From assembly GCA_963733675.1 (NCBI GenBank), contig CAVTET010000001.1, positions 896,001 to 960,000 of the forward strand: a DNA stretch of 64,000 nt. Direction: 5' to 3'. Of this stretch, positions 35,497 through 45,473 are shown piece by piece (within the stretch, counting starts at the first letter, position 1; the number at the start of each line of letters is the position of its first letter). The notes under the pieces were generated by a model that did not search any database, was not told the origin of the DNA, and saw only the letters and a list, made by a program, of their open reading frames with translations. Source of the stretch: an uncultured Methanosarcinaceae archaeon (lineage in GTDB: Archaea > Halobacteriota > Methanosarcinia > Methanosarcinales > Methanosarcinaceae). The translations under genes and the position numbers were made by a program.

Positions 35497-35646
35497 GGTT
35501 CTGTTGCAAAAAATCTGACTCTGTTGCAAAATCAGTGTAAACTTTCACAATTAGGAAATTTGATTACTCTCATCAGGGGTAAAATAGTATACAAAGGTAA
35601 GAATTATAGTATCAAACTGCAGAAATATTATTTTTGCACCACAACC
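35497..35646. mobile_element. IS6-derived non-autonomous element (150 bp)
   Basis: Ends GGTTCTGTTGCAAAAA and TTTTTGCACCACAACC match the IS6 TIR at 41276 and 42130. Confidence 0.7.
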
Positions 35647-36150
35647 GTTTTATTGACAAATATTATGTTTTTAGATTCACTTAATACATAGGTTTTAATC
35701 TAAAATCTCTGCATCCAACAAGTGGACTAAATCAATAAAAATTTACAGAAATCCGGATCTACTCCGGGTCCGGTTTCTTCCACAAAAACCGCGTCTGAAG
35801 CAAACTATTAGGCTTTCAATACTGGTATTTCAATGCATATGTTTTGCTATAATAATATTTACAGATTTTAAAATTTTTTATTGGGAACTAGTTTTTGCCA
35901 AAATATTATTTTTTTATAGATTCTTTTAAATAATATTATTGAATAATTATCTCTAATTTTAGGTTGGTAGACGTTTGAATTCATTGTAAATTCAAAGTTA
36001 AATCTTGGGATACTATATGCTCTTGGGTCACTAAAATATGAAATTATCTACCTACTAACTTCACCATGTCTGGAATTTTACAGAAAAATTGGTACATTGT
36101 CACAAGAAGATGTTATTTTAATTAAAGATATTTTTATCGAAGGTGATACA

Positions 36151-36447
36151 ATGCCAAATACTGCGTACCTAGCTTTCGTCGCTAACGACAGCACCAACCA
36201 ATTATTACTCATAACGTCTAAAGATTGCGAAAATTGATCTGAAAATATACCAATAGGGCAAAAAAACCAGTTTACACCGGCACTTGCTGTGTTTGATGAG
36301 CAGTTGTACCTAGCTTTCGTCGCTACTGACGGCACCAACCAATTATATCTCACAAAGTCGGCAGATGGCGTAGTTTGGTTTCCAGGTTAGCATGTCGGGA
36401 AGGCAAGCCAGGCTGCACCGGCAATTGCCATACAATTTACACAGTAA
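36151..36447 (+). pseudogene. Two-repeat beta-propeller/Asp-box mini-gene with in-frame TGA and TAG
   Basis: MPNTAYLAFVANDSTNQLLLITSKDCEN*SENIPIGQKNQFTPALAVFDEQLYLAFVATDGTNQLYLTKSADGVVWFPG*HVGKASQAAPAIAIQFTQ*. RBS GAAGGTGA and a direct DNA repeat gtacctagctttcgtcgcta. Confidence 0.7.
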
Positions 36448-36719
36448 AATTTATAGATTGTGCAGATACTTACCCTTAATTAATTTTTATCCTTCTCGAG
36501 ATAGGTATCTGTAGTTTCGAATCCCCTAGAAGTTGTCATAAAATAAAGTAGTTGACTTCTCTATTTCTCGATTTGAACTTGTAATTCCATTATCCATGAA
36601 ACTCATTGCGTTTAATACTCTATTCATCAACCTTTTTTTCTCGATTTTAATTCCTTTTGGATACATATTCGTATCTAACATACATTTTACCGACTAATAT
36701 TCTATTTCTTTTTTCAATT

Positions 36720-36879
36720 GATGCATAGTTTTTGTATCAAAATCTATGTATTTCCCAAGTTCCGAACGAAATAAGAAAAGGCTACTGATCTATGACTCAT
36801 GGAGCTTATGGAACTCCTAGAACGTATGGAGCTAATGGAACACTTGGAACTAATTAGCCTAAACAGCCATCATAAATAG
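36720..36879 (+). repeat. Duplicated locus, copy 1, with 9-nt periodic small ORF 36799-36879
   Basis: Encodes MELMELLERMELMEHLELISLNSHHK*. Homologous to 38104-38282. Confidence 0.6.
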
Positions 36880-37639
36880 GGGATTTTATGGAAAAATAGT
36901 TATACAGTACTCGAAACAAAATAAAGAATATGAATAAACGGAATCAAAAATTCAATTTTTCAATAACATAATCTTAATTAATAAATTTCTAATAAATTTC
37001 TCCATCTCTTTACGTTCAATAAAACATAATTTTCTACTGTGTTTTACTATGCTGTTTACGTCAATATATCTGAATATTAGTCGAATAGCAATCGTTCATC
37101 TCAAAAGGTTTCTGTCATAGTTTTTTGGTTCTGGATTATGAATATTATATCCTATATAGTTTAAGATATTACTAGATATCACATCTGCAAAAAAATTATA
37201 TTTTATCGCATTCTTGTAATATCTGATTCATAAATGCAATATTGCATCGATCCAAAAATAAAGTAGTTTAATTTAGAGTGTAGTTATATGTCTAAAAATA
37301 AGAGAATTGTTAAGCATCTCTTCAATAGATAGTGTATATTACCCACAACTTATAAGATCTATTTTTTATACGTCGCTGATACTCATAGTGCTTCAATTAT
37401 TCACTTCTGTTGTCTTGTTAAGGATTGAGTTCCATATCTCTAAAGTATCCCTGTGAAGTCAGAGAGCTTAAAATTAAATCAATTTTTACAATGATATAAT
37501 GATCAACCTTGATTTTAAATGCAGTACTGCTTATTGTTTACGTTTATTCACAGTACTTCTCAAAAACACAATAATTTATCGTTATTAATTTTGATTTATA
37601 TGATAATAAGTTATATTATCTTACAGGGCATCGCATAAC

Positions 37640-37940
37640 TTCTTTTACTTTCCAGATTAATGCTACCCCCACTCCGTAAAAACGTTCGAGATATTCTAAC
37701 AACAAAGGAACTATTTCTCTAAAATGATAGGACTTTAAGTGTTTATCGAGGTTACTTTTATCGCGCCATTCTTCTCACGTCGTCAAAATTCATGGATTAT
37801 TTAATTCCTGATAAAGTCCATAGTCCATGAAGCCTTCTTCCTTTACAGATTCTTCAACAAGTTTTTTACACAAACTTAGAAATTCTTGAATTTTTTCAGG
37901 CTTGAAGTAGTTTTTTGCAACAACTCTTATTGTCAATAAA
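37640..37940 (-). pseudogene. Antibiotic biosynthesis monooxygenase (ABM/YgiN-like), nonsense-disrupted
   Basis: IRVVAKNYFKPEKIQEFL...EEGFMDYGLYQELNNP*ILTT*EEWRDKSNLDKHLKSYHF. Confidence 0.75.
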
Positions 37941-38103
37941 ATCACCGGCTTCTTAATAGAATTCGTTTTACTAAAATATTCATAATTTAGCTTACCATTA
38001 TAGAATCTATTGTGTGAATTTTTCAGTCTCAAAATTCACTTTTCCCTAAATAAACCACTATAGACAAATCCTTGATTAATCTTTGAATATGAACAACTTT
38101 CAC

Positions 38104-38282
38104 GAATACATAGTTTTAATGTCTAAATCTATGAATTTCCTAAATGCCATCAGTAATAAGAGAACATTGGTGGTCTATTACTCATGGGGCTGCTGGAACT
38201 AGTGGAGCTGCTGGAACTCATAGAACATCTAGAGCGCATGGAACACTTGGAACTAATTAAACAAAACCACAAACATGAATAG
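38104..38282 (+). repeat. Duplicated locus, copy 2, with 9-nt periodic small ORF 38184-38282
   Basis: Encodes MGLLELVELLELIEHLERMEHLELIKQNHKHE*, with GGTGGT 9 nt upstream of the ATG. Confidence 0.6.
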
Positions 38283-38499
38283 AAAATATCAGAAAGAAAT
38301 AACCTTAAAAGCACCGGATTGGTTATCTCACTAACTACACAAACAATATTTTATTGCTGTCAATTCCATGTTGATAAATATAATCTCCATGCATAATTTA
38401 AAAGGGTTAGTCACCTAATTTTCCCGGGCAATAATGATATTATTTAAGGTGATAGATATTGCACTAATTCCATTTTTAAGAAAAAATAGACAAAATTAA

Positions 38500-39199
38500 A
38501 AAAATATGACTTTTTCAGCAAATTTTTAGCATTGTACTTTCACCCTTTTGGAATTCATGTGCCACCTTCATTTCCATCACTTCTCGTTTTTTCATCCTTA
38601 AAAAATTGATTACTGGCTCAACGATGATGACCTGTTGGTGTTTAAGTCCATAGGTGGAAATATTCGGATCTCATTTGAAACCCTGCACAACTCTTCTAGA
38701 GATCTCAGGTGAAACTCCAGTGACAAGTTATCCGTATAGAAAAATAGCAAATGAGAGCACAGTGCTAGATCAAACCCTTTGTCACTGAAAAGCAGGGAGG
38801 ATAGTTCGCCTGGAACATATCTTTTTTGGATTATACCTTTTGGAAAATCTTCCCGAAATTTCGCCATAGCTGACATCGGAATATTTTCAATCTTCTCAAC
38901 TGAGTCGATTTCTTGCCAAATAAACTTATTATAGTTTTTTCTGATCTGGTCGATTATTTCATCATGTGCTTCACTGATCCGCTGTCTGATCTAATTAGCA
39001 CTGAAATAGTAAACAGGATCAACAGATGTATATTTCCCCCTTGCTCTGTAAGCTCTGCATTGAAACTTGCTGGTCCGTCTCCGCAGTCAATTATCTTTCG
39101 CTTGAGATAAGTAGGAGTCAGACTGAACATCCTAATGTACTCATCAAAAGATCTACCCCATGGTTTTATGTCACGATATTTTATTGTCATATAATGCAC
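38500..39199 (-). pseudogene. SAM-dependent methyltransferase, frameshifted
   Basis: PWGRSFDEYIRMF, IIDCGDGPASFN and FDLALCSHLLFFY...ELCRVSNEIRIFP lie in different frames. Confidence 0.8.
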
Positions 39200-39790
39200 T
39201 TTAATGTACTGAAGTGTGCAGCAAATATATAACTGTATTTTTACTTTTGTTTTGGGTAGTTATATTTTAGCATTTACAGTACAATGATTTAAATAAAAAA
39301 TTTTTATATTCTTTTCTAAATTTTACTAAAAATATCCTTTAAATTTGGCTGAACTGGAAAACTACACAATTTTTGCTATAAAAACTATGCATAAGTGAAA
39401 ACAACAAAAGCGGAAACTTGTCCGCAAAACTATTGGCTCTGCATCCGATCTTTTTACAATAATTGAAAAAAATAATAAATATCAATTACAGTTGATTTTT
39501 AAAATGTTTCGTGCTGAAATAAGCTTTATTCAGGAACTATTAATAAAAAAGTATTAATATTTAATTATTGTTCAGTATTAAAATATTTTATTGCGAGAGA
39601 AATTTTATTCCGAAACAATTTTTTTTATAATTAATTTAAAATAACTAACAAACTTAGTAAGTAATGTAGTACATCGAAATTTTTGATGTAATCAAATAGA
39701 TCTCAGCCAACTAATTCTTTGTAGCTTGAATAGTTACCAAGAACAAATTCCAGTATAATTATTAATTTTAGTCATAAAGGAGTGAACTAA

Positions 39791-40033
39791 ATGTTAAAAC
39801 AAATGAAACAGGCAATCGGTATTTTGCTAGCAGTTTGTTTTTTAATATCCGTGACTGCTGCAGCAGTAAGTGCACATGGACCAGTTATGGTTAAGGAAAA
39901 GAAAACAGCCATTGTAATCCTGCAAAAGGAGAAGATTGAAATTTGCAAGTGGCCTCACCACCACCATCACATGTGGCGTCACCACCATCACCACCACAAA
40001 TTAATGAAGGCCATAAAAGAGTTCATGGATTAA
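39791..40033 (+). CDS. Small secreted His-rich protein
   Basis: Methanosarcina-type signal KQAIGILLAVCFLISVTAAAVSA, then WPHHHHHMWRHHHHHHK. RBS AAGGAGTG. Confidence 0.8.
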   Translation: MLKQMKQAIGILLAVCFLISVTAAAVSAHGPVMVKEKKTAIVILQKEKIEICKWPHHHHHMWRHHHHHHKLMKAIKEFMD

Positions 40034-40424
40034 TGAAAGCAGTAATCAATTATAGGTTTATAGATACTTGATAGAATTTTGATAAACTTCAATTTTGGGT
40101 TGGTGTTTATAATTTAGAATACATATAAGCAATTTTCGAAATTTGGGTTTGCAGTAGAGACAACTCTTCCAAGTTTCCATCAATATTTTTTAATATTTTT
40201 GATTTTGCAGAATGCATAATTTTATTCAAAATTTCATCTCCCAAAGAATTAAAATTAAGGAGTTAATGGTTTTATGGCATTAGTGGTTATAGCAACAGTA
40301 GCAGCTCGTCAGTAGTGAGAGCAGCTACAGCTTACAAGTTGAAAGAATACTATCCTAGTTATAAAAATAAAGACAATAATCAAAGTTGTGCCACCGCTCT
40401 GGTTGCAATGGCTATTAAAAATCG

Positions 40425-40960
40425 AGTATTTTCATTTGCTGATATGCTTCTTTTTCTTCCCTGTTTCCCTGATTTTCAACATAATTTTTGATAGCATCTG
40501 AAGTTGTTCCATCTTCTATAGTTCCAATGTAATCTCCATCACTCCACAGTTCAGCACCCCAAAGCTGTTTTTTGATTTCAGGGTATTGTTTAAAGATTTA
40601 TCTTGCTATAATACTTTTTATAATTTGCATGACTTTTGAAGGAGAATACTTTGGTTCAGCTCCGACAAAAAGATGTACATTATCACCATCACTGCCAATT
40701 GCATCAAACTCAAAACAGTATCTTTCACTAATTTCAAAGCATACGTTTTTCAAAAAATTGATGAGTTCTGTCCCTAAAAAAAGATTTTTACGGTACTTCA
40801 CACAAAAAACCATGTGGTATCTTATTTTATATACACAATGGTTTGCACGTCTTAGTTCCATTTACAGTACAAATGTAGCAAAAAATATAAATTTATTATT
40901 TAACAACGGTTATCGGGGAAGTTTTCCATCCCCTCAGCAAGCTGCGGAGTATTCGACTGA
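40425..40960 (-). mobile_element. IS200-type element with disrupted tnpA
   Basis: HCVYKIRYHMVFCVKYRK; the HUH motif is altered (DNVH); a stop follows IIAR and is followed by LWGAELWSDGDYIGT. End hairpin ccctcagcaagctgcggag. Confidence 0.85.
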
Positions 40961-41240
40961 AATAAATCTGCCAACTTCGATTATGCGAAATTTAATGGTC
41001 TTACCAACTTTTCTAAGGCGAATTTTAATAATTCTGCTAACTTCAATATAACGAACTTTAAAGATCATATAAACTTTTATCGTGCTAATTTTATTAATTC
41101 TGCCAACTTCATTTACACGCAATTTAAGAGTCGCACTAATTTCTATGGAGTGAACTTTTCTAAACCTGCTATAACTTCGGTGGATCGAATTTTACAGATC
41201 CTAGCACCTTCTTAGGACCAGAGACACCTGACAAAATCGT
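40961..41240 (+). pseudogene. Pentapeptide-repeat protein fragment between IS200 and IS6
   Basis: KSANFDYAKFNGLTNFSKANFNNSANFNITNFKDHINFYRANFINSANF, an 11-aa A-N-F periodicity. No start codon. Confidence 0.75.
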
Positions 41241-41275
41241 GTTGGTTTATTATAACAACCTAATAGACTACAACC

Positions 41276-42130
41276 GGTTCCGTTGCAAAAAATCCTTTCT
41301 AATGATACAATAGAATAAAAAGAAAACCAAAGATAGTAACATGCTATCTAATTCCTTTAAATGGAAGCATTATGAAGGGGAAATTATCTTATTGAATTTA
41401 AGATGGTACTTAAAATATGCATTAAGTTATAGAAATTTAAAGGAAATGATGGCAGAAAGGGGAGTAAAAGTCGACCATACAACAATCATGAGATGGGTAC
41501 ATCAATATTCCCCTGAAATAGAAAAGAAGATAAGAAGACATTTAAGACCAACAAATGATTCGTGGAGAGTTGATGAAACCTGTATCAAAGTAAAAGGTAA
41601 ATGGAAATATTTTTACCGAGCAGTTGACTCAAATGGAGATACAATTGATTTCATGTTAAGTTCAAAACGAGATAGAACGGCAGCGAAGAGATTCTTTAAG
41701 AAAGCTTTAAGTTCTAATCATAATCAAATTCCAAGATTAATAACCGTTGATAAGAATCCAGCTTATCCACCTGCTATAGATAAACTAAAAATTGATAAAA
41801 TACTACCTAAAAACGTAGGCATTCGACAAATCAAGTATTTGAATAACATTATAGAACAAGATCACAGATCTATAAAGAGAATCGTTAATCCAATGTTAGG
41901 ATTTCAGTCTTTTCGATCTGCTAATAAGACTTTAAAAGGAATTGAAGCTATAAATATGATCAAAAAAGGACAAGTAATCGATCTAAATTACTATGTTCTT
42001 AATGAAGTCAAATACATTAATCAATTATTTGGTATAGTTTTATAATGTTAGTACATTTTCCTTGAATGTTTTGATTTTTATTAATCACTTATAGATTTAC
42101 ATATTTTGTTGAAGTTTTTGCAACGGAACC
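41276..42130 (+). mobile_element. IS6-family insertion sequence
   Basis: Perfect TIRs GGTTCCGTTGCAAAAA and TTTTTGCAACGGAACC enclose a transposase ORF. Confidence 0.95.
41341..42045 (+). CDS. IS6-family DDE transposase
   Basis: FKWKH, WRVDETCIKVKG, RAVD, TVDKNPAY and LNNIIEQDHR motifs. Confidence 0.95.
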   Translation: MLSNSFKWKHYEGEIILLNLRWYLKYALSYRNLKEMMAERGVKVDHTTIMRWVHQYSPEIEKKIRRHLRPTNDSWRVDETCIKVKGKWKYFYRAVDSNGDTIDFMLSSKRDRTAAKRFFKKALSSNHNQIPRLITVDKNPAYPPAIDKLKIDKILPKNVGIRQIKYLNNIIEQDHRSIKRIVNPMLGFQSFRSANKTLKGIEAINMIKKGQVIDLNYYVLNEVKYINQLFGIVL

Positions 42131-42596
42131 CTATTTTTGGTTAGCTACGATTTCCATATAAGTGACGCTATCTTCGTACGTATATATTATATAAAAAATA
42201 TAAATATTAACTATAACATAAATAGTTTCTAAAGTTTGTTACTGGAAAAGGTGGTTATTCTGGACTATTTTAATACCAGACTTTGTATTACATGAAGCAA
42301 AAAGCTAAATTAAATAAACCGTTTGCTCTTAATGCTCATGTTCTGGAAAGAGTAAATAAGTGGGAAAACTTGGTTTCAAGGCAAAAGTAAAAATGTGTAA
42401 ATTTTACAAGTAAAATGTAAATTTACAAGTAAAATAGTAAAAAGGTATCAAGTGGAAAATCTTAATGATTACATTTAATGTGGCCTGCAAAATATACCAG
42501 AGTTTAAAGTTAATTGTCTAGGATTTAGCCTTTAATGAGATATCAAGGCAAGGTTAGGACAAAATAGCTGAAAGGTGCTTTGAACAAAAATTTAGA

Positions 42597-42670
42597 AGCC
42601 TCGTGCGTGATTCGAACACGCGACCTAGTGATTACAAGTCACTCGCTCTACCGGGCTGAGCCAACGAGGC
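42597..42670 (-). tRNA. tRNA-Thr(UGU)
   Basis: Minus strand GCCTCGTTGGCTCAGCCCGGTAGAGCGAGTGACTTGTAATCACTAGGTCGCGTGTTCGAATCACGCACGAGGCT folds as a cloverleaf with anticodon TGT. No intron and no encoded CCA. Confidence 0.95.
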
Positions 42671-42848
42671 AAGTTACAACTGACTGCAGACTTATCTAAA
42701 TACAATACTCACAGATAAACTTTATGACACCTTTCTCTTTCTGAAGTCAAGGTTGATGTTTTAACTATCGCGCTTCTCTTTGCTTTTGCTTTTCTCTATA
42801 AATTATGCACATAATTCTTATGGATTCTTTACCTATATATTGTTTAGG

Positions 42849-43412
42849 ATGTGGCAGAAAATAGCAAAATACGGGCGCAAGTTGGTCGAGCATAAGCTTG
42901 TCGAATCCAATTTCGGAAACATCAGTCTCAGAGCTGGGGATAAAATGCTTATTACCAGGACTGGGGCTGCGCTTGATGAGATCACAGGAAATAAGGTCGT
43001 TGAGGTAGATATTCAGGATACTTCAGCTTTGGATATTATTGCATCATCTGAATCCGTTGTACATAGAGAGATTTATCGTCAGACCTCAGCTCTTGCAATC
43101 ATCCACGCTCACTGTGAGTATTCTGTTATAGAGTCCCTGATTGAAGGTCCAGCAGGGATAATTCTGCCTGTAGACAGTGAAGGGCAGTACTTTCTAGTAG
43201 ATATTCCTATTGTCGAAGGTGGCATAGGTAGCCGCAAGCTTGCGGATAATCTTGCAAATGCACTTTCGAGACGTAGAGGTGCTATCGTGTATGGTCATGG
43301 AACTTTTGCAATTGGGCAAACTCTTGGAGACGCTTATATAGTGACAACACAGCTTGAGCATTCATGCAAAATTAAATATTTATATAAGCTTGCATCTTTG
43401 GAAAAGAAATAA
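42849..43412 (+). CDS. Class II aldolase/adducin family (fuculose-1-phosphate aldolase-like)
   Basis: GNISLR, ASSESVVHREIY, IIHAH and YGHG motifs. Start taken at ATG 42849 (MWQKIAKY). Confidence 0.88.
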   Translation: MWQKIAKYGRKLVEHKLVESNFGNISLRAGDKMLITRTGAALDEITGNKVVEVDIQDTSALDIIASSESVVHREIYRQTSALAIIHAHCEYSVIESLIEGPAGIILPVDSEGQYFLVDIPIVEGGIGSRKLADNLANALSRRRGAIVYGHGTFAIGQTLGDAYIVTTQLEHSCKIKYLYKLASLEKK

Positions 43413-43707
43413 GTAAATTTATCTATTGAGTATGCAGATAATCAAGCACACAATTTAAGCATAAAACGATGGGTTTTTTTAAAATTTTGTGGGATAAACA
43501 AAATTCTTCATCATTTGCTGCATTACGATTGGGATTAATCAAGAACCCAGAAAAGAATAAAAAGTCTCATAACTATGCAAAAACAGGTAATACATAGAAT
43601 AATATGGATAAGCAGATCTAACCGGATATGTGGCGCGAGACTGGTTGCCTGCTTTTGGATAGTTTTCTATCGTGGATATATAATTAAAGGAAGAATCTCG
43701 AATACTA

Positions 43708-44318
43708 TGGCTTTGAATACCCTGAGACCCTTTGCCACAAAAGTTATTGAACCACTTGCAGATTTATTTATCATATCTGAGGTCTCACCTGATGCAGTTT
43801 CCATAGCTTCCCTGATATGTGCTTTTTTTGCAGGAATCAGTTTTTACTATTCGTCTGCATCGAAGGAATTTATTTTGCTGGCAGGCATCATGGTAATATT
43901 TAACTCAATTTTTGATGCCCTGGATGGGGTAATTGCAAGAAAATCTAACAGGGTAACCCTAAGGGGTGATTTTTTGGATCACGTTATAGACCGCTATTCA
44001 GATGTCTTCATTATATGCAGCATCTTTTTTGCAGGTTATGTAAATTGGAAGATCGGGGTTGCAGCAATTGTAGGGGTGCTCCTTACTAGCTATCTTGGTA
44101 TTCAGGCTCAAGCCCTCAATCTTGGAAGATATTATGGAGGACTTATGGGTAGGGCAGATCGTCTTGTAGTTGTAATGTTTGCTGCGTTCGCTAATTTTAT
44201 CTACTTGGATTCAATTGCAGGATTTTCTATCCTGGGTTGGGCTGTCGTCCTTATTGCTATAACCAGTCATATTACTGCGGTCCAGAGAATTCTCTATATC
44301 TGGAACAGGCTGAAATAG
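43708..44318 (+). CDS. CDP-alcohol phosphatidyltransferase (archaeal lipid headgroup synthase)
   Basis: DALDGVIAR...GDFLDHVIDRYSD motif, plus GRADR. Start taken at ATG 43708. Confidence 0.9.
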
Positions 44319-44427
44319 TTAACTTTTTGAGTGTTTTTTTGGATTAATTCACATGAATTTTTCCTTGAGCCTGAAAACGGTCACTGAGGCAGATAAGTTG
44401 ATGTAAGACAAAATCCAATAGTGAACT

Positions 44428-44868
44428 ATGCCGCCTCAACAAAAACAGTATGAATATCTAGAGCACACTGCAGATGTGAAATTCCTGGCTTATGGAAAAA
44501 CCCTGGAGGAAGTATTTGAAAATTCTGCTCTTGCTATGTTCAATGTTATGATAGATACAAGAAAGATTTCAGGAGAGCTGGTAAAAGATTTTTTTTTGAA
44601 GTCACCAGATCTGGAGTCTCTGATTGTGGACTGGCTTTCTGAGCATCTATACCTCTTTGAAGTTGATGAAATTGTTTTTAGTAAGTTTAATGTTGACAGA
44701 ATAAGAAAAGAGAACTGCGAATACTCGATCACATCCAGGGCATCGGGAGAAAAATTTTATCCAAATAGCCATCCATTTGAAACCGAAATCAAGGCTGTTA
44801 CCTATAACCAGTTAAAAGTAGAGAAGATTGAAGATGGCTGGAAGGTTCAAGTCGTTTTAGATATTTAG
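44428..44868 (+). CDS. Archease
   Basis: YEYLEHTADV, EIKAVTY and C-terminal VVLDI. Lies upstream of rtcB. Confidence 0.93.
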   Translation: MPPQQKQYEYLEHTADVKFLAYGKTLEEVFENSALAMFNVMIDTRKISGELVKDFFLKSPDLESLIVDWLSEHLYLFEVDEIVFSKFNVDRIRKENCEYSITSRASGEKFYPNSHPFETEIKAVTYNQLKVEKIEDGWKVQVVLDI

Positions 44869-45473
44869 GGAACAAGAAATTTAGATTCCTATAATTTATA
44901 TCGCTGTCGTTTTCGATTTATTCATCTTGTGCTATATCTATCATTATTTCTGTAACTTATTGTCCCAGTCTACACTATAAAATATCAAGTTTAATTCTCT
45001 AATCCTAAACTGATTTAATCATGTTCCGACTGAACCTCGTTTACCAAGCTGGATATCATTATACAATACTTCAAAATGGATGCTTCCTTGTAATATATAT
45101 CTTAATCAAATTTCCATAGCAATTTACAGAACTTTGGGAGCTGAAGGGTAAATTATAACCTCACAGTAAAAATTAATACTTTAAAAACTTAAAAAAATGA
45201 ATTTATCGTCAAGTCCATACATCTCTCAGCTAAACATAAATGCGAAGTCGAAAGAAGGAAAAGCACTGTAAATATGTGAAGAAGAGAAAATCTTCTAATG
45301 TATTTCTTTTCGTCTCGTTTTCCTGTGGTAATGTACTTGTAGATGATTTAAATTTGAATGGTTACATTAAAAACTATATATGTATTTTTAATAATTGAAA
45401 TTAATTTATGAGTTTACTATTCTAGTCCCAGAGTTTATATCTATCAAGAGTAAAGGAGCAGAGAGTATTAATT

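Noticed and set aside
35100-35500. attL copy of the tRNA-Thr 3' end
   Set aside because: No convincing match to gcctcgtgcgtgattcgaa was found by eye.
38144-38260. Collagen-like Gly-X-Y reading of the 9-nt repeat
   Set aside because: GGA-to-AGA changes break Gly in both copies, while the Glu-Leu frame is preserved. Kept only as an alternative.
42390-42440. Short tandem duplication tgtaaatttacaagtaaaa
   Set aside because: Two AT-rich copies only, likely replication slippage.
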